DNA of 16,184 nt from Vulcanimicrobiaceae bacterium (GCA_046262595.1 JBHEMM010000046.1:1-16184); one strand, 5' to 3'; counted from the stretch's first letter, positions 4,922 to 14,361 are shown. Made by a program: numbers and translations. Notes: generated by a model not told the origin, from the letters alone.

Positions 4922-7484
4922 GTTCGATAAAGATTTGGGCGAGCGCCCCGACTGCGCCGGCGCGGTTGTTTACGTGCAATTTCTCGTACAATCGCGCAAG
5001 GTGTTTCTCGACGGTCTTCTCGCTGATGAAGAGCTCCGCCGCCATCGCGCGATTGCTTCGCCCTTCCTGCAACAGCTGCGCGATCTGCAGCTCGCGCTCA
5101 GAGAGCTGGTGTGCCGCCCGCGGCGATCCGAGCTCGCGGGCGCGGCGTTCGTGATGCACCCATCCCATGGCCGCATACAGCGTTCGCGCTCGGGCAGCGG
5201 CGGCGTCGCGCGTAACGCTGTCGCCCTCGGTTTGCGCGCAGAGCGCTCGGACCATTGCGGCAGTCGCGGCAAATGCGGGCGCGCATGCGTCGTGATACGG
5301 TTCGAGCAGACGTTGCGCTTTTTCGCGCACTGCCGGACTGCCGATCTCCGCCATTGCCGTTAATGCTTCCCAGGCTGCGAATGGGCGCTCCAGACGCTCT
5401 GCCGCCGCATCAAGAACGCGGCGCGCAGTACGCATATCACCTTTGCGCGCCAGCACGCGCGCGAACGTTCCGACGAGCGGCCCGAAAAACTCGTTGCGTC
5501 CCCCCGAAACGATCGCTTCAATTTCACGCGGTGCCGGGACTGACGCCGGATCGGCCAACATCGTGTTGAGAAGAACGTATGCGTGGAGCGCAGGTACGGG
5601 TGCATCGTGCGCTGCAGCGAACGCGGCGTATCGGGCAAACGCTTCGCCGTCGCCGTGCAGCCATCGCTCGAACGCCGCGTGAGATGCATACGCCGCTTCA
5701 TAGACGCCCATTTTCAGCGTGCGCGCCAGCGCGAAGCACTGCTCGTACAACGCCATCGCCGGAAACCCGAGAAAGAGCGCGTTCGCGGCGAGGTTGCCGA
5801 AGTGCCCGACATATTGCCCGTCCGGCTGAACGGCAGAAACGTTGTTTTTAAATGCCGATGCGGCGCTCTTCCACCCTTCCGCATCGCCTTGTGCGGCGTG
5901 AAGCGCGCCGCTGATTGCGTAGTAGCCGCCGCCGGCACGCCTTGCGCTGATCGATCGTTCGTCGACGCGCTTGAGCCAGTGCATCCCGACTTCCGGATCG
6001 ACGTCCGCGCCATAGAACGCTGCTTGCAGATTGAGTTCATTGCTCAAGTCGCGCGAGAGCTCCGCGAGTTCAGCGGTCGCGCGTTCCATGAGGGCGAGCG
6101 CCTCGCGCACGCGGTCTTGGTTGTACAGGCTGCGCGCCAAACTCTGATAGAGCCGGCCGGCCTCTTCCACGGCGCCCGCAGCGCGATAGATGTCGATCGC
6201 CGACCGATACGCGCGTTCTGCTTCTTCCAAGTCTGACGCGCGCAGCAACGCATCGCCTTGCCGTGCGTGCGCGCGAGCGCGTTCAAGCGATCCTGGTTCG
6301 GCGCACGACGCTGCGTCCGCGTAAAACAATGCTGCATCGACATAGGCGTGAACGCTGTATGCCAGTCCGCCAGCGCGCATGCGGTACGCATATGCCTTTG
6401 CAAGATCTTGCGCTCCGGCGTGGTGATGCGCAAGTTGCGCGAAGCCCAGGGCGTCGAAACGGCGGCGCTTCTCCAGTGCCCGTGCCGCCCGTTTGTGAAA
6501 GTCGATGCGCTGCGCGGAGGTAAGATGCGCGGCGAGCACCGCGCGTGTGAGAGCGTGCGCAAAGCGAAACTGCGCGGCGCTCTGCTCCACGACGACGCCG
6601 CTGCGCTGAGCGTTTTCCAGGCGCTTGGCAACGCTTGCCGCCGTCGACTGCAGAACGTCCGCAAGCAGCTGCAGCGCAAACTCTTCGCCAAGCACCGCCG
6701 CCGCCTCAAGGGCCCGTGTTTCCGCGGGCCGCAATTGGGAGACGCGCGCCTCGATCGCGCTGCTCAAGGTGAGCGGAATCTCGCCTGTTTCGGCGTTCTT
6801 GGAAAGCTCGCCGGCGAAAAACGGATTTCCGCCCGATAAAGCGGCGATACGCTCAACACGCTTGGGCTCGGCGCCGCCGGCTGGCAACAGCGCTCGCACG
6901 AGGTCGGCGCATTCGCGCGAGCCTAAAGGCGCGAGTTGCACGACAACGGCCCATGCCGCGCTCGAAATGCGGCGCACAATGTGATGCGCTTCGGACGAGC
7001 GCGCCGTGGCGACAAGCAGCAGCCGCCGCAACGGCGCAATCTCGGAGAGTACGACGTGCAGCAGATCGAGTGAGCCGGCATCCGCCCAATGCAAATCTTC
7101 CAGTTCGACAATGGTGGACCGCCGCTGCGCGCACTCGCGCAGCGAACCGACAAACGCGTTATACATCGCCGCTTTGTCGTCGAAGCCCTCGCCCCCGGGA
7201 CGAATCGCTTGCACCGCTTGCGGAGCAACTGCCTCGAGCGCCGCGATCCAAGGCCCGAAGGGCGAACGTACATGTTCGAGCGCACGGCCCATGCCGATCG
7301 CCGCCCGGCCACGCGGCACGTCGCGAAGAAGCTCCGCCACCAAACGGGACTTTCCGATACCCGGCTCGCCCGCGATGAGAACGAACCGTCCGTAGCGGTG
7401 CGAGTCTAGTCGAAGTTGCGCGAGGTTTGCGAGTTCTCGCGAGCGCCCGACGAACGCGCCTTGCACGTCACGATGTATCCCCAC
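4917..7484 (-). CDS. Large ATP-binding LuxR-family regulator (LAL/MalT-like STAND: ATPase, TPR-like helices, LuxR HTH)
   Basis: FVGRSREL, Walker A GEPGIGKS, Walker B ELEDLHWAD, SGGNPFF, FRFAHAL. C-terminal LSERELQIAQLLQEGRSNRAMAAELFISEKTVEKHLARLYEKL is a LuxR HTH. Confidence 0.93.
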   Translation of the reverse strand: MGIHRDVQGAFVGRSRELANLAQLRLDSHRYGRFVLIAGEPGIGKSRLVAELLRDVPRGRAAIGMGRALEHVRSPFGPWIAALEAVAPQAVQAIRPGGEGFDDKAAMYNAFVGSLRECAQRRSTIVELEDLHWADAGSLDLLHVVLSEIAPLRRLLLVATARSSEAHHIVRRISSAAWAVVVQLAPLGSRECADLVRALLPAGGAEPKRVERIAALSGGNPFFAGELSKNAETGEIPLTLSSAIEARVSQLRPAETRALEAAAVLGEEFALQLLADVLQSTAASVAKRLENAQRSGVVVEQSAAQFRFAHALTRAVLAAHLTSAQRIDFHKRAARALEKRRRFDALGFAQLAHHHAGAQDLAKAYAYRMRAGGLAYSVHAYVDAALFYADAASCAEPGSLERARAHARQGDALLRASDLEEAERAYRSAIDIYRAAGAVEEAGRLYQSLARSLYNQDRVREALALMERATAELAELSRDLSNELNLQAAFYGADVDPEVGMHWLKRVDERSISARRAGGGYYAISGALHAAQGDAEGWKSAASAFKNNVSAVQPDGQYVGHFGNLAANALFLGFPAMALYEQCFALARTLKMGVYEAAYASHAAFERWLHGDGEAFARYAAFAAAHDAPVPALHAYVLLNTMLADPASVPAPREIEAIVSGGRNEFFGPLVGTFARVLARKGDMRTARRVLDAAAERLERPFAAWEALTAMAEIGSPAVREKAQRLLEPYHDACAPAFAATAAMVRALCAQTEGDSVTRDAAAARARTLYAAMGWVHHERRARELGSPRAAHQLSERELQIAQLLQEGRSNRAMAAELFISEKTVEKHLARLYEKLHVNNRAGAVGALAQIFIEQ

Positions 7485-7673
7485 GCGCCTTCACATTCGT
7501 TGCTTGCGCGACTGCTCCGCTGCGCGTCATGGACACAACGCTCTGCGCCACGAGCAGCAGGCACGAAACCGCCCGCCGGACTGCACAGATCTCCCGAGTG
7601 GTCGCCCGTGGCGCGATCGAGCGTTTGTCCCTCCGTAAGTGGAACGCCGGGCGCTGATGCCGAAAACGGCGGC

Positions 7674-8063
7674 ATGCCTCGCCTTTTCAGTCATATAGAC
7701 CTGCGCGTACGCAACCTCGAGCGCTCGGTACGATTCTACGATGCGGTGCTTGGCACGCTCGGCTTTCGCCGGCAAACATATCCGCTTTTTGCCGAGAACG
7801 AAGCGGGTTGGCGCGCTGAGGGCTGGTCGCCGAACGATGAGTTCTTCGGCATCGTCATCGACGAGGCGATGCAGCCTAATGCAAACCGTGTCGCGTTTTG
7901 CTGCACCAGCCCGGAACAAGTCGCGCGCATCGCGCATGCGGCGCGCGCGGCTGAAGTGGTGCGCTCGCTCGGCATTGCGCCGGGCACCGGCTCGCTGCGC
8001 ACGATAACAAACGGCGATCGCGATGCCTTCGAGCGCAGCGTCCGCGAGATTTTAACGCCTTAG
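7674..8063 (+). CDS. VOC/glyoxalase-family protein, apparently truncated or chimeric at the C-terminus (possible pseudogene)
   Basis: MPRLFSHIDLRVRNLERSVRFYDAVLGTLGF...NRVAF...EQVARIAHAARAA is typical VOC. The final YYAxFxxDPDGNxxE-type segment is absent and replaced by an unrelated tail. Confidence 0.7.
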   Translation: MPRLFSHIDLRVRNLERSVRFYDAVLGTLGFRRQTYPLFAENEAGWRAEGWSPNDEFFGIVIDEAMQPNANRVAFCCTSPEQVARIAHAARAAEVVRSLGIAPGTGSLRTITNGDRDAFERSVREILTP

Positions 8064-8557
8064 CCGGCCGGCTCGTCCTTTTCGGCTTCACGCAGCGCCC
8101 GTGCAGCTTGGTGAAGGTCGGTTTCCTGATGCAACTCCTTGGAATCGCCCGACGTGTCGATGCGCGGATGTTCGCGGCGCAGATCTTCAATGGCGTTCAG
8201 GGCCTGGGTTACCTTGCGGTCTTGAATCATCATGAGCTGAAGCATCAGGCGCGCGCGTTCTTGTTCGATTGTGCTTTCGGTGTTTTGGTGGCTTAGAATA
8301 GCCACGACCAGTAAGAAACTCGCTAACTGCGCGAACGTGTCGAGGGCCGTAAAGGAATGGTCGCTTAAAAAGGCCCATGCGGCCAAGCCGATTGCCAGCG
8401 CCAAAATAAACCGCGGCCTCCCGATGCTCTCGACCAGGCGTTGGACGGCACGCTCCGCCCGCGGCATTTGGCGGTGGCGCTGAGCGCGAAGTTCGTCGAT
8501 CGCCTGCGCGGCTTCGCGTAAATGGTCGGGTGCTTCGTTCTGCGGTTCGGCGTTCAC
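8060..8557 (-). CDS. DUF1003-like membrane protein
   Basis: GTG 8557 overlaps the upstream TGA (GTGA). ERAVQRLVESIGRPRF, two hydrophobic segments, ILSHQN and a coiled tail (QDRKVTQALNAIEDLRREHP). Confidence 0.7.
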   Translation of the reverse strand: MNAEPQNEAPDHLREAAQAIDELRAQRHRQMPRAERAVQRLVESIGRPRFILALAIGLAAWAFLSDHSFTALDTFAQLASFLLVVAILSHQNTESTIEQERARLMLQLMMIQDRKVTQALNAIEDLRREHPRIDTSGDSKELHQETDLHQAARALREAEKDEPAG

Positions 8558-9198
8558 CACACAACGGTAACATGAAACAGCCAAAAGAAAAGCCCGACGC
8601 TCGCGACGGCGAGCACGGCGCCCGCGATGACTTGTAAGACGGTGTGTGCCTTCAGATAGACCCGGGCCCAGCAGACCGCGGGCACGAGCGGCAAAAATGG
8701 CAGCGGCTGTTCGCCGTAGAGCAGAAACAGCACGAACAGCGGCGCGGTGATGCCCAGCGCGTGCGTGCTGATCTTCCAATATCTGGTGATGTACTGCACC
8801 ACGATCGTCGCGAGCGTGTAGCCCGCCATGGTGGCGATCAGCAACTGCGGCGCGTGCGTAACCCAAAGCGTCACCGTGCCGAGCAAATAGAAGACGACGA
8901 ACGCGCCGAACACTTTTTCGCGCTCCGCGCGCACCGACATATCCAAATCGGAAATCCGGTCGGTCGCGTAGAGCCAGAAGATGAAGAGCATCGGCAAGAT
9001 TGACGTGAAGGCCGTGCTCAAAAGCAGTAGGCGCCAGAACTCTGCCGTCGTGTCGGTACGTACGCGTGAGAGAATGACGAAAAGCGCGAGCGCGGTTAAG
9101 AATGGATTGAAAATCGTCGAGAGAATCTTCGCGACGTCACGCCAGACCCGCCGGTTCTTCATTGGAATAGGCGTCAGCGGCGCAGGATAATCCATCAC
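8554..9198 (-). CDS. PAP2-superfamily-like integral membrane protein
   Basis: Several TM segments. WKISTHA and WARVYLKAHTVLQVIAG resemble PAP2 motifs C2 and C3 (SRxxxxxHxxxD/Q); SDLDMSVRAER loop. Confidence 0.75.
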   Translation of the reverse strand: MMDYPAPLTPIPMKNRRVWRDVAKILSTIFNPFLTALALFVILSRVRTDTTAEFWRLLLLSTAFTSILPMLFIFWLYATDRISDLDMSVRAEREKVFGAFVVFYLLGTVTLWVTHAPQLLIATMAGYTLATIVVQYITRYWKISTHALGITAPLFVLFLLYGEQPLPFLPLVPAVCWARVYLKAHTVLQVIAGAVLAVASVGLFFWLFHVTVVW

Positions 9199-9401
9199 TG
9201 CCGACTCGCTTCCTTACCGGGCCCCCGGTGTCATCCTCCCGGTGCCGGGCGGTCTATTTCAAATGCGTAAAAACATAAGCGGCAGCGTCGTGCAGGTCGC
9301 TTCGGCCGGCCTGGCGCTCGTGGCCGCGCAACCGCTCGTCGTACGTGCCAACAAGACGGTAACCAGGAATCTGCGCATGCGGCTTCTTACCCGTGTTCCA
9401 A

Positions 9402-9809
9402 TCAGTGCACGATGTACACGTCCGACGTGTACCCCGCCGAGCGCAGTTGCGTCAGATGAACGCCCGCGACTGCGAGGCAATGGGGCTGTACGCGCATTTC
9501 GATTCTCCACCGCTCGCCCGCATTGATCTCGAAATCCGGAACCTCGCATTGCGTATAACCCGCGGCCGCTTCGGTCAGCTGATAATGTCCGTCCGGAACG
9601 CCGAAAAACACGAATTCGCCGCGGCTGTTTGTGAGCGCGGTCTGTACGTTGCCGGGCGAGGACAGCTGCATCTGCACGCCGCCGAGCGCACGGTGTGACA
9701 CGGCGTCGATGAGGCGGCCCTGCACCAAGCCGCCATCGGCTTGCGCGCGTGCGTGTAATGTCGCAGCCGCGAACGCAAGGATGCTCAGAACGGCCGCTAA
9801 AGATCTCAT
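9402..9809 (-). CDS. Small secreted protein with a carboxypeptidase-regulatory-like (prealbumin-like beta-sandwich) domain
   Basis: Signal MRSLAAVLSILAFAAATLHARAQA. GLVQGRLIDAVSHRALGGVQMQL...TNSRGEFVFFGVPDGHYQLTEAAAGY is the typical domain pattern. Confidence 0.8.
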   Translation of the reverse strand: MRSLAAVLSILAFAAATLHARAQADGGLVQGRLIDAVSHRALGGVQMQLSSPGNVQTALTNSRGEFVFFGVPDGHYQLTEAAAGYTQCEVPDFEINAGERWRIEMRVQPHCLAVAGVHLTQLRSAGYTSDVYIVH

Positions 9810-9816
9810 GTCCGGC

Positions 9817-9822
9817 ATTATA
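9817..9822 (-). promoter_or_regulatory. Consensus -10 element (TATAAT), likely a leaderless promoter
   Basis: Minus-strand TATAAT (9822-9817), then 7 nt, then ATG 9809. No SD sequence. Confidence 0.6.
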
Positions 9823-9886
9823 CCCGCAGCCCGCACGCGTGATGCCAGGGCAGCTGATTCTCCCCTCCGAAGCGTAGAACAACGCT

Positions 9887-11761
9887 ATGGTGATCGAACG
9901 CATCCGAACCCCCGACGACGTCAAAACGTTGAGCCGCGCCGAAATCGACGCGCTTGCGCAGGAGATACGCGATGAACTCATCGCCGTATGCGCGGTGAAC
10001 GGAGGCCATTTGGCGCCGAATCTCGGCGTGGTCGAACTCACCTTGGCCCTGCACCGCACGCTCAATCTGCCCGAGGATCGCATCGTCTGGGATGTGAGCC
10101 ATCAGGTGTATGTGCATAAGTTGCTTACCGGACGGCGCGAGCGCTTCGACACGATTCGCAAAGGCGGCGGCCTTTCGGGGTTCGCGATGCGCAGTGAATC
10201 CGAGTATGACAGTTTCGGCGCAGGCCATGCGAGCACGAGCGTGTCGGCGGCACTGGGCATGGCGCGCGCGCGCGATCTGCATCAGGGCAAAGAAACCATC
10301 GTTGCCGTACTGGGCGACGGTGCGCTCACGGGCGGCTTGGCATACGAAGCGCTTAACAACGCCGGCCAGATGCGCACGAACTTCATCGTGATCTTGAACG
10401 ACAACGAGATGTCGATCGCGCCCAACGTCGGCTCGATAGCATCGTATCTCTCTGTGCTGCGAAGCAAACCGCTCGCGCAAAATTTGCGTGCGACCGGTAA
10501 AGCCGTGCTCGATCGCGTTCCGCTCGGCGGCATGGCGCGCAAAGCGATCGAATCGGCGGAGATTGGCGCGATGCGCTTTATCGCGCCCGCGGAAAAAACT
10601 GCCGTCATTTTCGAAGAGCTCGGCTTTCGCTATATCGGCCCGGTTGACGGTCACAATTACGATGCGCTCTTCGAAGCGCTCAATACCGCGAAGCAAATAC
10701 CGCGCGCCGTCCTCGTGCACGTGCGCACGGTTAAGGGAAAAGGCTACGCACCGGCCGAGAAGGACGCGCGCACGTTCCACGGTTTGGGCGCCTTCAACAA
10801 ATCCGACGGTGCGGTGATCAAAAAGGCCGATGCGCCGCAAACGTTTTCACAGGCATTCGGCGATGCGATGATTCGCGTTGCCGAACGCGACTCTCGCGTC
10901 GTGGGCATCACGGCCGCCATGCCCGATGGGACGGGCCTTGCGAAGTTCGGCAAGGCGTTCCCCGAGCGGTATTTCGATGTCGGCATCGCCGAAGCGCATG
11001 CCGTCTGCTTTGCGGCGGGCGCTGCAACGCGAGGTTTGAAACCTGTCTGCGCGATTTATTCGACGTTCTTGCAGCGCGCGTACGATCAAATCGTTCACGA
11101 CGTGTGCATTCAAAATCTGCCCGTCGTCTTCTGTATGGATCGTGCCGGTTTCGTGGGCGATGACGGCCCGACGCATATGGGCTTGTACGACATCGCTTAC
11201 CTGCGCACGCTGCCGAACATGACGGCGATGGCGCCCCGAAACGAAGCGGAACTCTTGCCGATGCTCGAACATGCGCTCTCGCTCGAGACGCCCGCCGCGA
11301 TACGCTATCCGCGAGGCTCGACATCGGGACAGCACAACGACCCGGTCAGCCCCGTCGTGCAGGGTTGCGCCGAAGTGCTGCGCCGCGGCAGCGGCACGGC
11401 GATTCTGGCGTACGGCAACACCGCCGACATCGCGCTGGACGCCTACGATCTTTTGACGGCGCACCCCACGGTGGTGAACATGCGCTTCGTGAAGCCGATC
11501 GATGAAGCGCTCATTATCGGGCTTGCGCGCGAGCATACGCACGTGATTACCTTAGAAGAACATTCGCTGCAGGGCGGCTTCGGCACGGCCGTCCTCGAGG
11601 TGGTGGCCGAGCATGGCCTGCAACTCCGAGTGGAGCGCATCGGGGTGCCCGGGACGGTCCTGGTGCAGCACGACTCGCAAGCCAAGCAGCGCGCCCTATT
11701 CGGCCTCACGGCCGAGCACGTTGCCGCCCGCGTGCGAAGCGTTCTTGTGGCCCCCGTATAA
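9887..11761 (+). CDS. dxs: 1-deoxy-D-xylulose-5-phosphate synthase
   Basis: GGHLAPNLGVVELT, WDVSHQVYVHKLLTGR, GAGHASTS, TPP motif GDGALTGG...NDNEMSI, DVGIAEAHAV, YSTFLQRAYDQ, DRAG..GDDGPTH, IRYPRG; 624 aa. Confidence 0.98.
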   Translation: MVIERIRTPDDVKTLSRAEIDALAQEIRDELIAVCAVNGGHLAPNLGVVELTLALHRTLNLPEDRIVWDVSHQVYVHKLLTGRRERFDTIRKGGGLSGFAMRSESEYDSFGAGHASTSVSAALGMARARDLHQGKETIVAVLGDGALTGGLAYEALNNAGQMRTNFIVILNDNEMSIAPNVGSIASYLSVLRSKPLAQNLRATGKAVLDRVPLGGMARKAIESAEIGAMRFIAPAEKTAVIFEELGFRYIGPVDGHNYDALFEALNTAKQIPRAVLVHVRTVKGKGYAPAEKDARTFHGLGAFNKSDGAVIKKADAPQTFSQAFGDAMIRVAERDSRVVGITAAMPDGTGLAKFGKAFPERYFDVGIAEAHAVCFAAGAATRGLKPVCAIYSTFLQRAYDQIVHDVCIQNLPVVFCMDRAGFVGDDGPTHMGLYDIAYLRTLPNMTAMAPRNEAELLPMLEHALSLETPAAIRYPRGSTSGQHNDPVSPVVQGCAEVLRRGSGTAILAYGNTADIALDAYDLLTAHPTVVNMRFVKPIDEALIIGLAREHTHVITLEEHSLQGGFGTAVLEVVAEHGLQLRVERIGVPGTVLVQHDSQAKQRALFGLTAEHVAARVRSVLVAPV

Positions 11762-11764
11762 CCG

Positions 11765-11773
11765 TGGTACAAT
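11765..11773 (+). promoter_or_regulatory. Extended -10 promoter (TGnTACAAT) upstream of secG
   Basis: TGGTACAAT at 11765-11773, just after the dxs stop. AGGAG at 11813-11817. Confidence 0.55.
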
Positions 11774-11822
11774 TCTCCAGTTTATGCCCTCCCCCACCGG
11801 AAGCAGCCCTGTAGGAGTACCT

Positions 11823-12221
11823 TTGACCGCTCTTTTGCTCGCCGCCGCGACCGCCGCCGCCAAAGCCGCCCCCGCCGCGCTCAAGGCCGGCGCCGTGAAG
11901 GCAAAGGCCCTGCCCGTGCAGATCCAGCAGCCGGTTAACCAAGCGCCCATCGTCGCGCCGCAGCATATGACGTGGTTTCAATTGCACATGGCGTGGCTCA
12001 CCCACGGCATTGCGGGCGTATTTTTGCTCAGCGCCATCTCGCTTATTGTGCTGCTCGCCGCGCAAACGACGAAACAAGAGGGCCTCTCAGGGACGCTCGG
12101 CGGGCGGGTGGAATCCGCATACGGACGGCCCGGCATGGAAGAGCAACTCAAGCGTGTGACGGGTCTGGCCGCGACGTTCTTCGTCGTGTGCGGCACGATT
12201 CTCGCACTCACGGGCATCTAA
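11823..12221 (+). CDS. secG: Preprotein translocase subunit SecG with an Ala/Lys/Pro/Gln-rich N-terminal extension
   Basis: TM1 ...SLIVLLAAQTTKQEGLSGTLGG, loop, then GMEEQLKRVTGLAATFFVVCGTILAL TM2, which is the SecG architecture. AGGAG lies 5 nt before TTG 11823. Confidence 0.85.
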   Translation: MTALLLAAATAAAKAAPAALKAGAVKAKALPVQIQQPVNQAPIVAPQHMTWFQLHMAWLTHGIAGVFLLSAISLIVLLAAQTTKQEGLSGTLGGRVESAYGRPGMEEQLKRVTGLAATFFVVCGTILALTGI

Positions 12222-12234
12222 CAGCGCCCCGCGC

Positions 12235-13263
12235 ATGCCGCTGCTTGAAGTCCGCAACCTCCGCACCGGTTTTAATACGGAAGACGGCCCGGTTACGGCA
12301 GTAAACGGGCTGTCGTATTCTCTGGACGCGGGGTCCACGCTCGGCATCGTCGGTGAATCGGGCTCGGGCAAATCGGTGAACGCGCTCTCGATCATGCGGC
12401 TGATCCAGCGCCCCGGCTTCGTCGATCCGTCCAGCGAGGTGATCTTCGACGGTCAAGACTTGCTCAAGCTCGGCGAGAACGAGATGCGCAAGATCCGCGG
12501 TAATAAGATCGCGATGATTTTTCAGGACCCGATGACTTCGCTTAATCCCGTACTCACGGTGGGCGAACAAATCGCCGAAGCGGTCGAGCTGCATCTGGGC
12601 TACAACCGCAGAGACGCGATGGAGAAAACGCTGGAGATGCTGAAGAAAGTTCGCATCCCTGCGCCGGAAAAGCGCGTGAGCGAATACCCGCATCAGTTCT
12701 CTGGCGGCATGCGTCAACGCGTAATGATTGCGATGGCGCTCTCGTGCGATCCGCAGCTGCTCATCGCCGACGAACCGACGACCGCACTCGACGTGACGAT
12801 TCAAGCACAGATTCTCGAACTGATGAACGAGATGCAGCGCGACACCGGTGCGGCGATTATCATGATCACCCACGATCTCGGCATCGTTGCCGAAGTGTGC
12901 AAGAACGTGCTCGTCATGTACGGCGGCAACATGGTGGAGTACGGCACGGCGGAACAGATCTTCGAGAATCCGAAGATGCCGTACACGCAAGGGCTGCTTG
13001 CATCGCTGCCGCGCCTGGACGTACGCAAGCGCGCGCGCCTCGAACCCATCCCCGGCCAACCGCCCAACCTTTTGCGCTTGCCGCCCGGCTGCGCGTTCGC
13101 GCCGCGCTGCCGCTACCGCATGCCGATCTGCGATGAGCCCGTACCCGTGTACGATTTCGGGCGTGGACACGTCGCCCGCTGTTTCTTGTACGACGAGCGC
13201 GCGAAAGATCAACGCCCGGTGGACGTTGAAACGGCTCCGATCGTTTCCGGAGCACCGGTATGA
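12235..13263 (+). CDS. oppD: Oligopeptide/dipeptide ABC transporter ATP-binding subunit (OppD/DppD type)
   Basis: [58 protein letters not shown], Cys-rich C-terminus. Confidence 0.93.
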   Translation: MPLLEVRNLRTGFNTEDGPVTAVNGLSYSLDAGSTLGIVGESGSGKSVNALSIMRLIQRPGFVDPSSEVIFDGQDLLKLGENEMRKIRGNKIAMIFQDPMTSLNPVLTVGEQIAEAVELHLGYNRRDAMEKTLEMLKKVRIPAPEKRVSEYPHQFSGGMRQRVMIAMALSCDPQLLIADEPTTALDVTIQAQILELMNEMQRDTGAAIIMITHDLGIVAEVCKNVLVMYGGNMVEYGTAEQIFENPKMPYTQGLLASLPRLDVRKRARLEPIPGQPPNLLRLPPGCAFAPRCRYRMPICDEPVPVYDFGRGHVARCFLYDERAKDQRPVDVETAPIVSGAPV

Positions 13264-14342
13264 CCGCGGCCGCGACGGAAACCAAAACGCTTCTCGAAGT
13301 CAAAAACCTGTTCAAATATTTTCCCATCCACGCGGGCCTGCTCTCCAAGCACGTGGGCGATGTCAAGGCGGTGGACGGCGTCGATCTCACGATCAGAGAA
13401 GGCGAAACGCTTGGACTCGTTGGCGAATCGGGTTCTGGTAAAACCACCATTGGACGCGTGATTCTCAACCTGCTGCCCGCAACCAGCGGCGAAGTGTGGT
13501 TCGAGGGCCGCAGCATCCTGGATTGCACTCGCACGCAGACGCGCAAGCTGCGCAGCAAGATGCAGATCATTTTTCAGGATCCCTTCGCCTCGCTGAATCC
13601 GCGCATGACCGTCGGCGACATCGTCATGGAGCCGCTCAAAATCCATCACATCGCCTCAGGGAAAGCGGCGCAGGATCGCGTGCAGGAACTGCTGCGTTTG
13701 GTCGGCCTGCAGCCGTATCACGCCAATCGCTATCCGCATGAATTTTCCGGCGGCCAGCGTCAGCGCATCGGCATCGCGCGCGCGCTTGCGGTGAATCCGA
13801 AGTTCATCGTCTGCGACGAACCGGTTTCGGCGCTCGATGTTTCGATTCAGGCGCAGGTTATCAATCTGCTCGAGGATTTGCAAGAAAAGCTGGGCCTGAC
13901 GTATCTGTTTATCGCGCACGATCTTTCCGTCGTCCGCCACATCTCCACGCGCGTTGCCGTGATGTACGTCGGAAAAATCATGGAACTGGCCGACCGCGAT
14001 CGACTCTACGAAAACCCGCTCCATCCCTACACGCAATCGCTCCTCAGCGCCATTCCGATTCCCGATCCGAAGGTTGAGCGCCGCCGGAAACGGATTGTGC
14101 TCACCGGAGACATTCCCTCACCGGTGAATCCGCCCTCGGGCTGCCGGTTCCACACGCGGTGTCCGATCGCATTCGATCGCTGCAAAGTGGAAGTCCCCGC
14201 GTTCAACGAATACGAACCAGGGCACTTCGCCGCATGCCACTGGGTCGAGGAACACGGCGGCAAACGCCCCGACATCACCTCGAACACGGGCATCGCAGCG
14301 GGCGCTGTCGTGGTTGCGCCGGGGTCGCAAAGCGGCGAGTAA
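13260..14342 (+). CDS. oppF: Oligopeptide/dipeptide ABC transporter ATP-binding subunit (OppF/DppF type)
   Basis: [74 protein letters not shown] overlap with oppD. Confidence 0.93.
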   Translation: MTAAATETKTLLEVKNLFKYFPIHAGLLSKHVGDVKAVDGVDLTIREGETLGLVGESGSGKTTIGRVILNLLPATSGEVWFEGRSILDCTRTQTRKLRSKMQIIFQDPFASLNPRMTVGDIVMEPLKIHHIASGKAAQDRVQELLRLVGLQPYHANRYPHEFSGGQRQRIGIARALAVNPKFIVCDEPVSALDVSIQAQVINLLEDLQEKLGLTYLFIAHDLSVVRHISTRVAVMYVGKIMELADRDRLYENPLHPYTQSLLSAIPIPDPKVERRRKRIVLTGDIPSPVNPPSGCRFHTRCPIAFDRCKVEVPAFNEYEPGHFAACHWVEEHGGKRPDITSNTGIAAGAVVVAPGSQSGE

Positions 14343-14361
14343 TTGCCGATACGTAAAAGCA

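Noticed and set aside
4917..7484. STAND ATPase as an Avs-type antiphage protein
   Set aside because: It has a C-terminal LuxR HTH and no nuclease or other effector domain, which indicates a transcriptional regulator.
7416..7673. N-terminal extension of the VOC ORF
   Set aside because: It overlaps the divergent regulator start. VOC similarity begins at ATG 7674.
8558..8866. N-terminal extension of the DUF1003-like ORF
   Set aside because: It is an alternate frame inside the PAP2-like gene. The GTGA overlap at 8557 is a better start.
9215..9249. Short GC hairpins upstream of the PAP2-like gene
   Set aside because: The stems are only about 5 bp with no U-tract, which is likely by chance at this GC content.
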